Shown in pieces: positions 35,887 to 45,539 of a stretch of 64,000 nt of DNA. Made by a program: the position numbers and the translations under genes. The notes below the pieces were generated by a model, which made no database searches, was not told the origin of the DNA, and was given only the letters and a program-made list of their open reading frames with translations. Within the stretch, counting starts at the first letter, position 1; each line of letters begins with the position of its first letter. Source of the DNA: a virus; the IMG/VR virus record IMGVR_UViG_3300012944_000004; one strand, given 5' to 3'.

Positions 35887-37266
35887 TCAGTGTCTCCTTT
35901 TTTTCGCGGTCGTTTTCTTCGTCTTCAGCGAGTCCCGCGCAGGGCCCATCTCGAGCCACATGCCGTCATTGGTCACCGTTATCGAGAAGGCGCGCCCGCC
36001 TTCGTTGACGGCTTTCTCGAAGAGCACGAGAAACTTTGTGTAGTTGGCAGCTGGCGAACGGCTCATACGCACCGTCGCCAGCTTCTTGCGAACTCTTGTC
36101 GTCTTCACGGCGTCTCGGGCTCTTCGTCGTCGCCGCCCAGAAGCCCGATGTCATCGGCCACGGTGAGCTCCTCGAAGGCCACCGCATCGACGAACGCGTC
36201 GAGCGTCATCCTGTGCGTGGTGGTCTTATTGACCACCATGTTGATGGTCAGGCGCCGGTACTCGCGCGCGCCCGGGGCCACCACGGTCAGGGGGACCAAG
36301 TAGATCCGCAGGTCGCCCTGCATGTACTCGGCGACGCGCTCGTTGCTCTCGCCCTGGTACATGGCCAGCACGTGGAAGGCGTCGTTCTTGGGCGCCGGCT
36401 TTGATACGGCCCAGGTGACGTCACCGACTTGAACTTGGCCGAGGACTTCGATCTTCTTGATGTCCTCGACGTCCATCTCGAAGTCTTCGATAAGCGTCGC
36501 GTGGATGCGCGCGACGATGTCCGCAACGGAGAGCTGCTGGACGGTCGCGGGAGGCGGCGCTGTGGGCGCCTGCGGCTGCGGCGCGGCGGGACCTTCGGAC
36601 ACGGGGGTACCCACCGTGTCGATCACGGGAGCGTTTGACATGAGAATCTCCTTTTTTTCTCAGAACTGTGGGATCGGACCACCAAAAGACATCGCGTTGC
36701 GTAGTGATCCGATGGCCATGGCGAGCTGCATGAGACTGACCGTGTAGAGTGCGCCATTGACGGCTAGCTCCACCGTTTGACCGCTGCCCTTGTAGACAAT
36801 GTTGATGCTACGGCCAACGCATGGCTGGCCGTCGACTGCCAGAAGTGGAATCTGGATGTGGTAGGTAGCTTGACGCTCGGGAGGCGGTGGTTCACCAGCT
36901 TTTAGCCCTCCCTCGAGCATTTTTACAACTTCGCTAGGATCGCCTGTACGGATGGCCTGCAAGTTGGCTTCTACTATCCGGCGTGTTGCCGGATCACCAA
37001 TAACCAGAGGAGGTAGCATCTTTTTTCTCCTTTTGAAGTTGCAAGCAGTAAGGCGAGAGAGTCAGTCGCGCAAGGGGCTAAGGGCACCGACAACTGCAAG
37101 TTGGCGCTGGAGGCGGTCCGGCGTCAGGGCAGTCGTGAAAGTATTGACACTTGTAGGCCTCTGGGTGGCCCCGCCAGAGGGCGTTGGAAGCAGGGTCGAA
37201 GTAGTTGAGCGCAGCCATCCCCATGAACATGATGACGATGAATGCCCAGACGCCTCGATCGTGCAT
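35887..37266 (-). other. Four small hypothetical genes (35887-36108, 36105-36641, 36660-37019, 37078-37266)
   Basis: Same-strand ORFs with SD motifs/overlaps; the last has a signal-like N-terminus and Cys-rich end. Confidence 0.55.
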
Positions 37267-37793
37267 CAGACCTTCGTCACCTTCTCCTCTTGGAAACTGT
37301 AGAACTCCGTCGGGGTGACCACCAGGTGGTCGCCGAAGACGATCTTCGGGCAGGCGACGGCCATCCCCTTGCGGATGCTCTTGGTCAGCTCCTCATCCTG
37401 GGGGCTGGGCCGCGAGTCGCCGGACGGATGGTTGTGGCAGATGAAGTAGAGGTCCGGGCGGTCCTTCAAGAGCGCCTGGGCGATCTGCTCGTTCTCGACG
37501 TGCACCACGTGCTGACCGCCGTGGGCGATGCGCTGGTAGCACACGAGCTTGCCGTCGAGGTTGCCGTGGGCACCGATGCCGAGCACGTAGAACTCTTCGT
37601 GGGTGAGGTGGGCGATCTCGGGAGCGACGACGGCGTAGATCTGCCGCGGGTGCTTCAACTTGCCGAGCGGCTCTGCACGCTTCTTGGCCTCGATGAGTGG
37701 ATCGCAACCGCATACCGACCCATCGACTGGCGTTGGGACGTTGGAGTGCTCTTTGGGGAACGTCCAGCCTTCGACGGCCGAAGGTTCCCTCAC
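37266..37793 (-). CDS. RadC-like JAB/MPN domain protein
   Basis: EEFYVL...; HNHPSGDSRPSPQD; GDHLVV. Confidence 0.9.
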   Translation of the reverse strand: MREPSAVEGWTFPKEHSNVPTPVDGSVCGCDPLIEAKKRAEPLGKLKHPRQIYAVVAPEIAHLTHEEFYVLGIGAHGNLDGKLVCYQRIAHGGQHVVHVENEQIAQALLKDRPDLYFICHNHPSGDSRPSPQDEELTKSIRKGMAVACPKIVFGDHLVVTPTEFYSFQEEKVTKV

Positions 37794-38740
37794 GCTAAAG
37801 GGTTGGCCGTCCCTCCAACTTGAAGTTCAGCGCGCTCGCGCTCCTCCTCGCGCCGGGCGACTTCGAGCCGCGTGCCGGTGCCGAACACTTCGTGCCAGGT
37901 GCCCCCGCCGAATTCCTTGACGTAGCGCTTGGCCGCCGCGTCCACCCAGTACATCCAGAGCTTGAGGGCCTTCTCCTTGTCGTAGGTCCCCTTGGCGATG
38001 CGGCGCCGCATGTTTTCGATGATCGAGAGCTTCTGGTTGTAGAGCTCCGATGTGTTGTCAGCGTAGAGCTCAAGCTCGGTGGCGGCGTGCTCGTCGAAGG
38101 CGTGCGACGTCTTGGCCTCCGCCGCAGTGGCCGGTTCAGCCGCCACGCTCACCGCCTTCTTCGGTCCGAAGGTCACCGCCACCTTGTACTGCTTGGCGAT
38201 GGCCCCGGCGACGCGCGAAGCCTCAGTGTCGTCGTGGAAGCCATCGATGACGATCTTGTTGCCGGCAGGGAAGGCGTGGCCCGGGCCGCCCATGCTGAGG
38301 ATGTGACCCCGGTGGGCCAGCGGCGGGTCGGTGACGACGACTTCCCATTCTTCGCGCGTGGGAGCCTCACCAGCGCGGCCGCAGGCGGCGTAGGCCTCTC
38401 CCGCGTGCGCCGGGGGCGTCTCGGAGGCGACGACAGCAACAGGGACACCCTGCGGGAGCCTGTCGTAGATCGCAGCTTCTGCCTTGAGCTTCGCAAGCTC
38501 GTCGTTGCTCATCGGCTGGCCGTTGAGCATTGCTGGCTTGTTGTCCAAGAGAAGACACCACTTGAAGATGCCTTGGCGGCGATTCGGCTTCTGCGCTTCG
38601 ATGCGGTAGATGCCCTTGACCCCCTTAGCGTGAAGACCTCCCTGATGTCCTTGCTTGTGCCACGTCAGAGGCTTCACCCCCTCCTCCGGAAGGTAGCGGC
38701 GCTTCTTGCGGGAGCCTTCGTACGCGACGTTCGCCTTCAT
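37790..38740 (-). CDS. Multidomain hypothetical protein
   Basis: 316-aa ORF with SD; C-terminal ELELYADN...YDKEKALKLWMY domain. Confidence 0.75.
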   Translation of the reverse strand: MKANVAYEGSRKKRRYLPEEGVKPLTWHKQGHQGGLHAKGVKGIYRIEAQKPNRRQGIFKWCLLLDNKPAMLNGQPMSNDELAKLKAEAAIYDRLPQGVPVAVVASETPPAHAGEAYAACGRAGEAPTREEWEVVVTDPPLAHRGHILSMGGPGHAFPAGNKIVIDGFHDDTEASRVAGAIAKQYKVAVTFGPKKAVSVAAEPATAAEAKTSHAFDEHAATELELYADNTSELYNQKLSIIENMRRRIAKGTYDKEKALKLWMYWVDAAAKRYVKEFGGGTWHEVFGTGTRLEVARREEERERAELQVGGTANPLA

Positions 38741-38816
38741 GGGGATTCTCTCCGGAATCGATTGGCCGAGCAGGCTGCCAGCTTACACCGGCAGAGCTCG
38801 CGGGCGCTACCCTAGC

Positions 38817-39146
38817 TCACTGGCGGTGGTTGCCGACTTCGACGGCCAAGTCACCTAGGGCCTTGATGATGCCAGTCTGACCTTCGCGAGCCAGTTCGAC
38901 GTCGGTCGCCATCTCTTTGCCGAGCAGGACGAGATCCCTGAGCGAAGAGTCGATCGACTTGAAGACGTCGAGGAAGCTCTTGAGTGTCGCCATGCCGACG
39001 CCGAGCAGGAGCGTCTCTTCGGTGGCGCCTTTCTTGATCGCATCGGTCAGATGCTCAAGCGATTCCTTCAAGTTGGCGCTTGGGCACATCGAGGAGAGCT
39101 CCTCGAGCGCGGGGACGACCGATTCCATCTCACGTTTCATGTTCAT
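38817..39146 (-). CDS. Helical hypothetical protein
   Basis: ATGA overlap with the kinase gene. Confidence 0.65.
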   Translation of the reverse strand: MNMKREMESVVPALEELSSMCPSANLKESLEHLTDAIKKGATEETLLLGVGMATLKSFLDVFKSIDSSLRDLVLLGKEMATDVELAREGQTGIIKALGDLAVEVGNHRQ

Positions 39147-39949
39147 GTTGAAGTTTCCTCCATGATGCGCGCCACGATGGCGGGTAGAGTTGTGACGTCA
39201 TCAGCCCAGGGGATGACCCATGACTCCTCGTGTTCCCAACGAGGGGTCAGTGCACGTTCGCTGCCATGCTGACCTGCTGGCCCCTCAAGGCCTCCACCTG
39301 GCCGGTACCAGATGCGCCCCCCAGCGGCGCGAACAGCCGCGAGCTCGTTGTCGAAGCGGATGTCGCTGACGACGACGCCAGCGATGGGTTTCGGAGGCAG
39401 CGGCTCGCCAACGGTTACCTCCGGCCGGCCGTAGTCGTTCCATTCGTAACCATGATGCTGTCGATGGATGCCGCGCTCAGCCGAGTAGTACGTGAAGAAG
39501 ACCCCATGCTCGTCGTCGTCCACGTTTCTGTTGCCCAGGAGAGCGGATGCAGCCGCGATGACCTTGTTGATCCGCACGTCGGGGTACATGCGCCGGCCCC
39601 ACTCGGAGCCAAGCTGCTGCAGGGCGAATCGCGGGGTAAGAAAGCACTGAGGCACTTCGTCGCTGATTTTGTTGAACCGACGCTCATTATTGACGCCGCA
39701 GCAATCGCACACCTTCAGATCTCGCGCGATGGGGGTCCATTCATGGCTTCGAGGGTAGCGCTTGTCCGGCTCGTTGCGTCTGCTCGAAGGTCCCCACAGT
39801 TGGTCGGTAGAGAAGTCGAACATCTCCTGGCAGAACTTCTTCATCGCGTCCGCGCACGCGACCTTGACGAAGCTGTGGTTTTTGACGAGCAGGTCGGCGA
39901 CGGTGTCCTTCCCGGCCCCTGCTCGCCCGGCTATCCCTATGATGTTCAT
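39143..39949 (-). CDS. Deoxynucleoside monophosphate kinase-like protein
   Basis: IIGIAGRAGAGKDT; PRFALQQLGSEWGR; VVSDIRFDNE; HGSE. Confidence 0.88.
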   Translation of the reverse strand: MNIIGIAGRAGAGKDTVADLLVKNHSFVKVACADAMKKFCQEMFDFSTDQLWGPSSRRNEPDKRYPRSHEWTPIARDLKVCDCCGVNNERRFNKISDEVPQCFLTPRFALQQLGSEWGRRMYPDVRINKVIAAASALLGNRNVDDDEHGVFFTYYSAERGIHRQHHGYEWNDYGRPEVTVGEPLPPKPIAGVVVSDIRFDNELAAVRAAGGRIWYRPGGGLEGPAGQHGSERALTPRWEHEESWVIPWADDVTTLPAIVARIMEETST

Positions 39950-40717
39950 GCTCCTGTCGCTTTCTTCGCCTCACGCGCCCGGCGCGCGTCCGAGGTTCGC
40001 TTGGTGAAGTGGATGCCGCAGTAGGATCGCCCTGGAAGGCGCGTGGCGGCGCAGTCGAGGCAGGGCTTGTCCGGCTTGGGCCCTGCGGGCAATTTGGCTC
40101 CAGAGTTCAATGGGTGTCTCCCTTCGACGACGGAGGCATCGCTGACTTCAAGATAGCCTTGTCGGCCTCGGTGATCTGGAGGGCCTCGGCGATGAGCTTC
40201 ACATCGATCGTGCGCTCGAGACCTTCGCGCTGGACAGAGTCCCACATGAGGATCATCTCGTCGGCGCAGAGCTTGGCATTGAGCGCGATCGTCTGCGGTC
40301 TAAGCGGCGCGGCTTGACGCTCTGCTTCACGGATCATCGCGGCGAATGCGATGTCCATGTAGGTCTTGTGTGCATCGCGGCGCATGCGCTCGACGGCCTG
40401 CACCGTCGCGAGCTTCTCCCGGTTGACGGCCGTCATCTCCACTTCCGTCGTCATCTTGTCGACGAGGGTGTAGAGCTCTGCGATCTTCATGTTGTCTTCT
40501 CTTTCACGAGCAAGCCGATGACTTCCCCAGGCTGAATCGGAAAGGCCGGCAGGTGTCTCTCGACGCCGATGCATTCGTAGAGCTCATCGTCGATGATGAC
40601 GTCGCCTCGAAGGCCGGGAGCGTTACGGTCGCGCTCCTTGTCGCATTCGACGACGACGATGAACCGCCCGTTGATGCGGAGCCACTCGCGCGCGCGAAAC
40701 CTGGGGACGGCCATCAC
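39946..40717 (-). other. Three small genes (39946-40110 Cys-rich, 40107-40490, 40487-40717)
   Basis: Coupled overlaps. Confidence 0.55.
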
Positions 40718-41658
40718 CAGCCTCGCGTCTTGATGATGAGTTCTTTGACGGCCCCGCGCTTGGTGGCGTCGGAGTTGATGCGCCGCTTGACGTCGACTTC
40801 GACGATCTCGAAGACCTTCTTGTCGGCGTAGAGGCCCTTGATAAAGTCTGCGCTCGAGTTGGAGATGATGACCTTCGCGCCTCGCTCGTGGGCGAGCAGG
40901 GATTCGTTGCGCAGTCGCGTGTGGTCGCCCTGCGTGAAGCCCGTCTTGGCGTAGGCCGTGAAGTTGCTCGTGTCGCTCAGCGGCGCGTAGGGCGGATCGG
41001 CGTAGATGAAGTCGCCCTCCTTGGAGCCCTTGAAGACATGCGCGAAGTCGAAGTTGCCGAACACGACGCTTCGCGTCTTGGTGCGCTTCATCGCCCGCGA
41101 GGCCGCGCGAATCGTCTCTGCGTCGCAGATCGTCGGAGGCGACTTGAACTTGCCGTGCGGGACGTTGAAGAAGCCAGCGCGGTTGACGCGGTAGAGGCCG
41201 TTGAAGCAGGTCTTATTGAGGAAGATGAATCGCATCGCCAGACGAAGCTGCGAGAGCCGCGAGAGCTGCCACTTGCGCACGTCGTAGTAGAACGGCGCGC
41301 CACGCTTGCGGTACTCCTTCTCTAGCCGCGCCAGGCCACCAATGAGCGCATCGGGCTGGTCGCGAACGACCATGCACGTCGTGATCAAGTCGTCGTTGAT
41401 GTCGTTGATGAAGGCTGCGGGCGGCTGCAAGGCGAAGAAGAGGGCTCCACCACCGAGGAACGGCTCGCGGTAGGTCGCGAAGCTGTTGGGGACCATCTGC
41501 AGGAGCGTCGGCAATAGGCTTCTTTTCCCACCAGCCCACTTGATGAAGGGCGTTCCCCAAGGGACCCGTACGTACGAAGGGCCATCCAGGGTGATCTGTC
41601 TGACTCTTGGGAGTGCGCCGTGTGCGGTGAGCAGCTTCTCGTACTTGTCGACCTTCAC
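40714..41658 (-). CDS. dam: DNA adenine methyltransferase (Dam/D12 class)
   Basis: PFIKWAGGKR, YREPFLGGGA, INDIN, CFNGLYRVN..G.FNVP.G, FIYADPPY. Confidence 0.93.
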   Translation of the reverse strand: MKVDKYEKLLTAHGALPRVRQITLDGPSYVRVPWGTPFIKWAGGKRSLLPTLLQMVPNSFATYREPFLGGGALFFALQPPAAFINDINDDLITTCMVVRDQPDALIGGLARLEKEYRKRGAPFYYDVRKWQLSRLSQLRLAMRFIFLNKTCFNGLYRVNRAGFFNVPHGKFKSPPTICDAETIRAASRAMKRTKTRSVVFGNFDFAHVFKGSKEGDFIYADPPYAPLSDTSNFTAYAKTGFTQGDHTRLRNESLLAHERGAKVIISNSSADFIKGLYADKKVFEIVEVDVKRRINSDATKRGAVKELIIKTRGW

Positions 41659-42550
41659 GAAGACATCCTCCAGCGCTCGATGGCGTACATGAAGTTGGTG
41701 GCGGTGGCGCGTACTTCGCGCAGCTTTCGGATGTGGGCTGTGTCGATAGAGCCATCGCTCATCTCGTCATTGCCAGCATCACGAAGCACCTCGTCAAGGC
41801 GCTTGTTGAGGCGGCGGATGCCGTTCTCGAGAATCTTTGCCTCCTCTCCAAGAAGAGCGTTTTCGAGATGGGCCTCCATCTGCTTGACGAAGTTGTCGGC
41901 GAGCTTGCGCTGTGTCAGCTTCTTCAACTTAGCCACTCGGAGCCTCCAGCTTCTCTTTCCTGACCGTCGTGCCGTGCGCTGCGGCGATCTGCTCGAAGTT
42001 CAACGCGCACGCTTCGCAGACGAGAACACGATCCCCGTCGCGGAAAGTGACGCGATGGGTGACGTCGGCGCCGCAGCCGGTGTCGGCAGGCGGGATGATG
42101 GCGCGGCACTTCAACGACATCTCTTCACCATCTTTGCTGCCGCATTGGCGGCCTTCTTAGTCTTGAAGAACTCATGCCAGTCACCGTCGTGCTCCTCACA
42201 GCGCCAGCGAACTTCGAAACCCAAGTGCGACGAGCGTACGTAGTTGACGCCGTCCCACTTGCCCGACTTCGCGTAGCATCTCTGTGCCACTACTTCTGCG
42301 TCTCCCGACTCGGTGCCTCGTCGATGAGCTTCGGCCGCTCCTCGAGCGCCGAGGGCCCAACCTCGACGCACGAGACGATCGTGTAGCGCTTCGCAACGCC
42401 GTCGACCTGCAGCGCCTTGGCTGACGCGCCTTCGATGTCGTGGGCGAAGACGATGACCTTGCGCTCGAGGACGACCTCGAAGCGCAGGGCGTCCGACTTC
42501 GGGAGGCCTTCGTCGGCAACTTCAACTTGCTCTGTCGCACCGTTTTCCAT
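41655..42550 (-). other. Four small genes (41655-41936, 41929-42120, 42111-~42290, 42290-42550)
   Basis: Coupled ORFs; 41929-42120 has CxxC...CEAC. Confidence 0.55.
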
Positions 42551-42562
42551 TGGCTTACCTCG

Positions 42563-42622
42563 TGGACCTGGCGGGATTCGAACCCGCATACCTAGGCCGC
42601 GGCTCCAGCCGCTTTCAGGCCC
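42563..42622 (-). ncRNA. 60-nt tRNA-like RNA with Ala identity (G3-U70, A73) and no anticodon arm
   Basis: GGGCCUG/CAGGUCC acceptor; GCGGC-UGGA-GCCGC D-like arm; perfect T arm GCGGG-UUCGAAU-CCCGC; only 11 nt where anticodon and variable arms should be. Confidence 0.6.
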
Positions 42623-42854
42623 GCTGCGATTCCTTGCGAGTCACGGTGATTCGCACGACCTTGTAGGTGGGCCCTGCGCTGTCTCTACGTTTGCTCCACA
42701 CGGCGATGTGGGCATCGGCGCGTCCGCGAGCGTGATGGAAGGTCGTACGCCCTTCAAAACCATCGCCCCACTTATTGTCTGGGTAGAGCCACTCCTTCTG
42801 CGTGGCCCCAACAAGAAGCCTGGAGATAGCCCACTTCTGAAACGACTCAGCCAT
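42615..42854 (-). CDS. Hypothetical protein
   Basis: 79-aa ORF; stop overlaps the 5' strand of the tRNA-like element. Confidence 0.55.
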   Translation of the reverse strand: MAESFQKWAISRLLVGATQKEWLYPDNKWGDGFEGRTTFHHARGRADAHIAVWSKRRDSAGPTYKVVRITVTRKESQRA

Positions 42855-42860
42855 GGAGAC

Positions 42861-43577
42861 CTACCCTACCACGACCTTCGTCTTGAAGTTGAACTTTTCA
42901 TCGGCTGTGCAGTCTTTCATCCACCGTTTTGAAGTTGGCTCCCAGGAGAAGCCAGCGGCCTTGGCCAAGTCCTTGTTCTCGAAGGAGACGAGAGCTTGGA
43001 GCTTCACGCGCGGGGCCATTGCAGCACCAACGAGCGCTTGCAGGTCCGTCCCACGTTCCTTCAGGCGTGTGAGCACGCGGGCGAGGGTGTCGACATCGAT
43101 TAGCGCTCGGTGGGCGCTGAGAACGCCGACGCCGTACGAGAGAGCGAGCGAAGTCAGGTTGTTGCTCGTCTTGGCCCCCGCCTCGACACCCGGCCAGGTG
43201 ATATGCGAGTGGGTGCAGATCCACGGCAGCGCCTTGGGCTCTGATTTCCACATCTCCTGAAAGCCAGCGTCGGCCTCGACGAAGCTTTTGTCGAAGGAAG
43301 CCTTGTGCGCGAGGATGACATCGGCATGGGCCATCAGGTCACAGACGCCAACCCAGACGCGCTCTTGCTCGAATGCCTGCGAGAGGAGCGCTACCGAGAT
43401 GCCGTTGACATGCTCGGCGGCGTTGGTCTCGCTGCGCGCGAGCGCGGAGAAGACGGCGATGGGGCTGCCCAGGGCGAGATCGTAGAGACAGACGGCGATC
43501 TCGATGATGCGATCCTTCTGGGGGTCGGTTCCTGTGGTCTCGGTGTCGAGGAGCAGAGCGCGACGGGGGCGGTTCAT
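42861..43577 (-). CDS. DEDDh 3'-5' exonuclease (DnaQ-like)
   Basis: LLDTETTG, IIEIA, AHKASFD, AHRALID; start MNRPRR at 43577. Confidence 0.9.
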   Translation of the reverse strand: MNRPRRALLLDTETTGTDPQKDRIIEIAVCLYDLALGSPIAVFSALARSETNAAEHVNGISVALLSQAFEQERVWVGVCDLMAHADVILAHKASFDKSFVEADAGFQEMWKSEPKALPWICTHSHITWPGVEAGAKTSNNLTSLALSYGVGVLSAHRALIDVDTLARVLTRLKERGTDLQALVGAAMAPRVKLQALVSFENKDLAKAAGFSWEPTSKRWMKDCTADEKFNFKTKVVVG

Positions 43578-44025
43578 GATGGCTCTCCGCCTTCCGGTGG
43601 CAAAGGCGTCTTGTCGAGCTCCTCTGCGATCTGCTTGATGATGTCGACTGACAAGCCAGAGCGCTTGCACGCGTACACAGCGCACGCGACGCATGCGCGA
43701 ATGGTCTCGTCTAACGGCATGCGTGAGACGCCGAAAAATGTGGCCAAGGTGCCGGCTAGCGCAGCTGATGCTTCAGTTTGCACTTCGAACGGGATTTTCA
43801 CAGCCACACCTCGTGCTTCTCACCGTCCCAGAAGCCTGAGGCTGTCTTCCCGTACACGTTGATGACGAGAGTTGTGATCCAATCGCCGTCCGCATTGCGG
43901 ACGTCCAGCGCCGACGTGCTGACGAGGGCGACCCCTGCTTCGACGCAGAGCTTCAAGAGCTTGCGCATGAACGCGTGACGTTCGCTTTCCATTACGGCGT
44001 CCTCCATTCCTTGTCCTTCGCCCAC
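43574..44025 (-). other. Two small genes (43574-43807, 43798-~43995)
   Basis: Coupled ORFs. Confidence 0.5.
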
Positions 44026-44726
44026 ACGTCGAACTGCTCTTCAGTCCATCCGCAGCCGAAGTCGCCGAGTGGCAGCATTGCGTGGCGCTTGAAGGAGGCG
44101 CGCTGAGCGCGGCCATCGATGGCGAGATTGCCGTAGGACCAGTCAAGACGCTGCTCGGCCTTCTGCTGCGGCGTCATCTCGGGCAGCGCACGAGCACGTT
44201 CCTTCAACCCGATATGGTTGATGTGCTCCCAATCCATCAGCGATCGGATGCCACGGCATTGCTTCTCGATGACCCCTGCGATGTCCGGTGGCGTCCAGCC
44301 TTCGGGCTTGAGCGTCTTGCCGTCCTCGCGCTTGACGATCTTGCCGTCGTGCAGCTTCGCCATGTTGGCGCGATGCACCTCGTCGGCGATGGGATCGCCG
44401 TTGAGGCCGAACTCGAGACGGGTACCCTCGACGACGTAGTCGAGATCCGCGAGCGCGTCGGCGAAGAGCGGGAGGTCGACCTTGATCGAAGTGTGTTCGA
44501 CGACGAAGCTGAGTATTTCACGAGCGCCCTCGAGCGCAGTTCGCGGAGACCCCTCGGCTTGATCCAAGTCGAGCACCGCGTCGAACCCTTCGAGCAGCTC
44601 CTCAAGTAGGAACATGAGCCGGAAGCGGATTCGATTCTCCGGCGGGATGGTCGGCGACTCGGCGATCGGATGTTCGAAGGCGCGGTGGAACTCGAGAACT
44701 TGATGTTGAAGTTTTGACACGGTCAT
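43992..44726 (-). CDS. MazG-like all-alpha NTP pyrophosphohydrolase (DR2231/dUTPase-like)
   Basis: V.EFH..F, EEL.E, DALADLDYV, EVHRANMAK, REDGK.LKP.GW; start MTVSK at 44726. Confidence 0.85.
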   Translation of the reverse strand: MTVSKLQHQVLEFHRAFEHPIAESPTIPPENRIRFRLMFLLEELLEGFDAVLDLDQAEGSPRTALEGAREILSFVVEHTSIKVDLPLFADALADLDYVVEGTRLEFGLNGDPIADEVHRANMAKLHDGKIVKREDGKTLKPEGWTPPDIAGVIEKQCRGIRSLMDWEHINHIGLKERARALPEMTPQQKAEQRLDWSYGNLAIDGRAQRASFKRHAMLPLGDFGCGWTEEQFDVWAKDKEWRTP

Positions 44727-45539
44727 TTTCCTTTTTTCGTGAGGAGCTTCTCGTCGAAGACGGATCCTACGACGATCATGTTGCCGCAGTCTGGGCACTC
44801 GAAGTGCGAGCTCACTTCCAACTTGAACTCGTTGCTCATTGTCACCACGTAGCCTGCAGGGAGCTTGATGCTGTGCTGGAACTTATGTGGCATGTGCCAA
44901 CCGCACATGACGCAGTTGTGCTTCGGCGGCTCCTTAGCTGGAAAAAGGACAACGTTGTCGATGAAGTTTTCGATGTTTGGATCGTCGCTCATCGGCTCGC
45001 CTCCACAACAAACGGTGGCGCAGGAAGGTCTTCCCGCCCATCAACAAACGCGCGCGCCCACAAGTACGCCCGCCCCTGCGTCTCACGGCTCCAGGTGTGG
45101 ATGGTCACCAGGCTCACGTTGTAGCCAGCTCTTAGCAGCAGGCTTGCGAGCGCGAGACGAGCCGCAGCGCTGCGGTTCTCCGCTTCCATCTTCGCGACGT
45201 CGCGCGCGCGAAGACCTCGTTTCCAGAGAGAGTCGGTGGCCATCATCGACGCCCTGGGGGCTTCAGCGGAAGCGGCTTGCGAAGTACGTCAGGAATCGTT
45301 GTGCGAAGCGCCTCGCCCACAGGAACTCTCCCCGCGCTCACGTCGTTGGTGTACTGCGGCTCGTCGAAGACCTTCCCGTAGATCTCACAGATGTAGAGTG
45401 CTTGCTTGACCGAGAAGAACGTCTGACCACTCGCTAGCATGTCGCGCATCGCAGAGGCCCAACGCGGATCCTCTTCAGCTTCGTCGGCGTAGTTGACGAG
45501 CTTGCGGAGCATCTCGGTGAACGGCTTGTCGCTTTTCAT
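44723..45539 (-). other. Three small genes (44723-44992 Zn ribbon, 44989-45246, 45243-45539)
   Basis: Start/stop overlaps; CVMC...CPDC in the first. Confidence 0.6.

Noticed and set aside
42563-42622. Canonical tRNA or full tmRNA gene
   Set aside because: No anticodon stem-loop, no room for tmRNA pseudoknots or tag ORF, no encoded CCA; kept only as a tRNA-like element.
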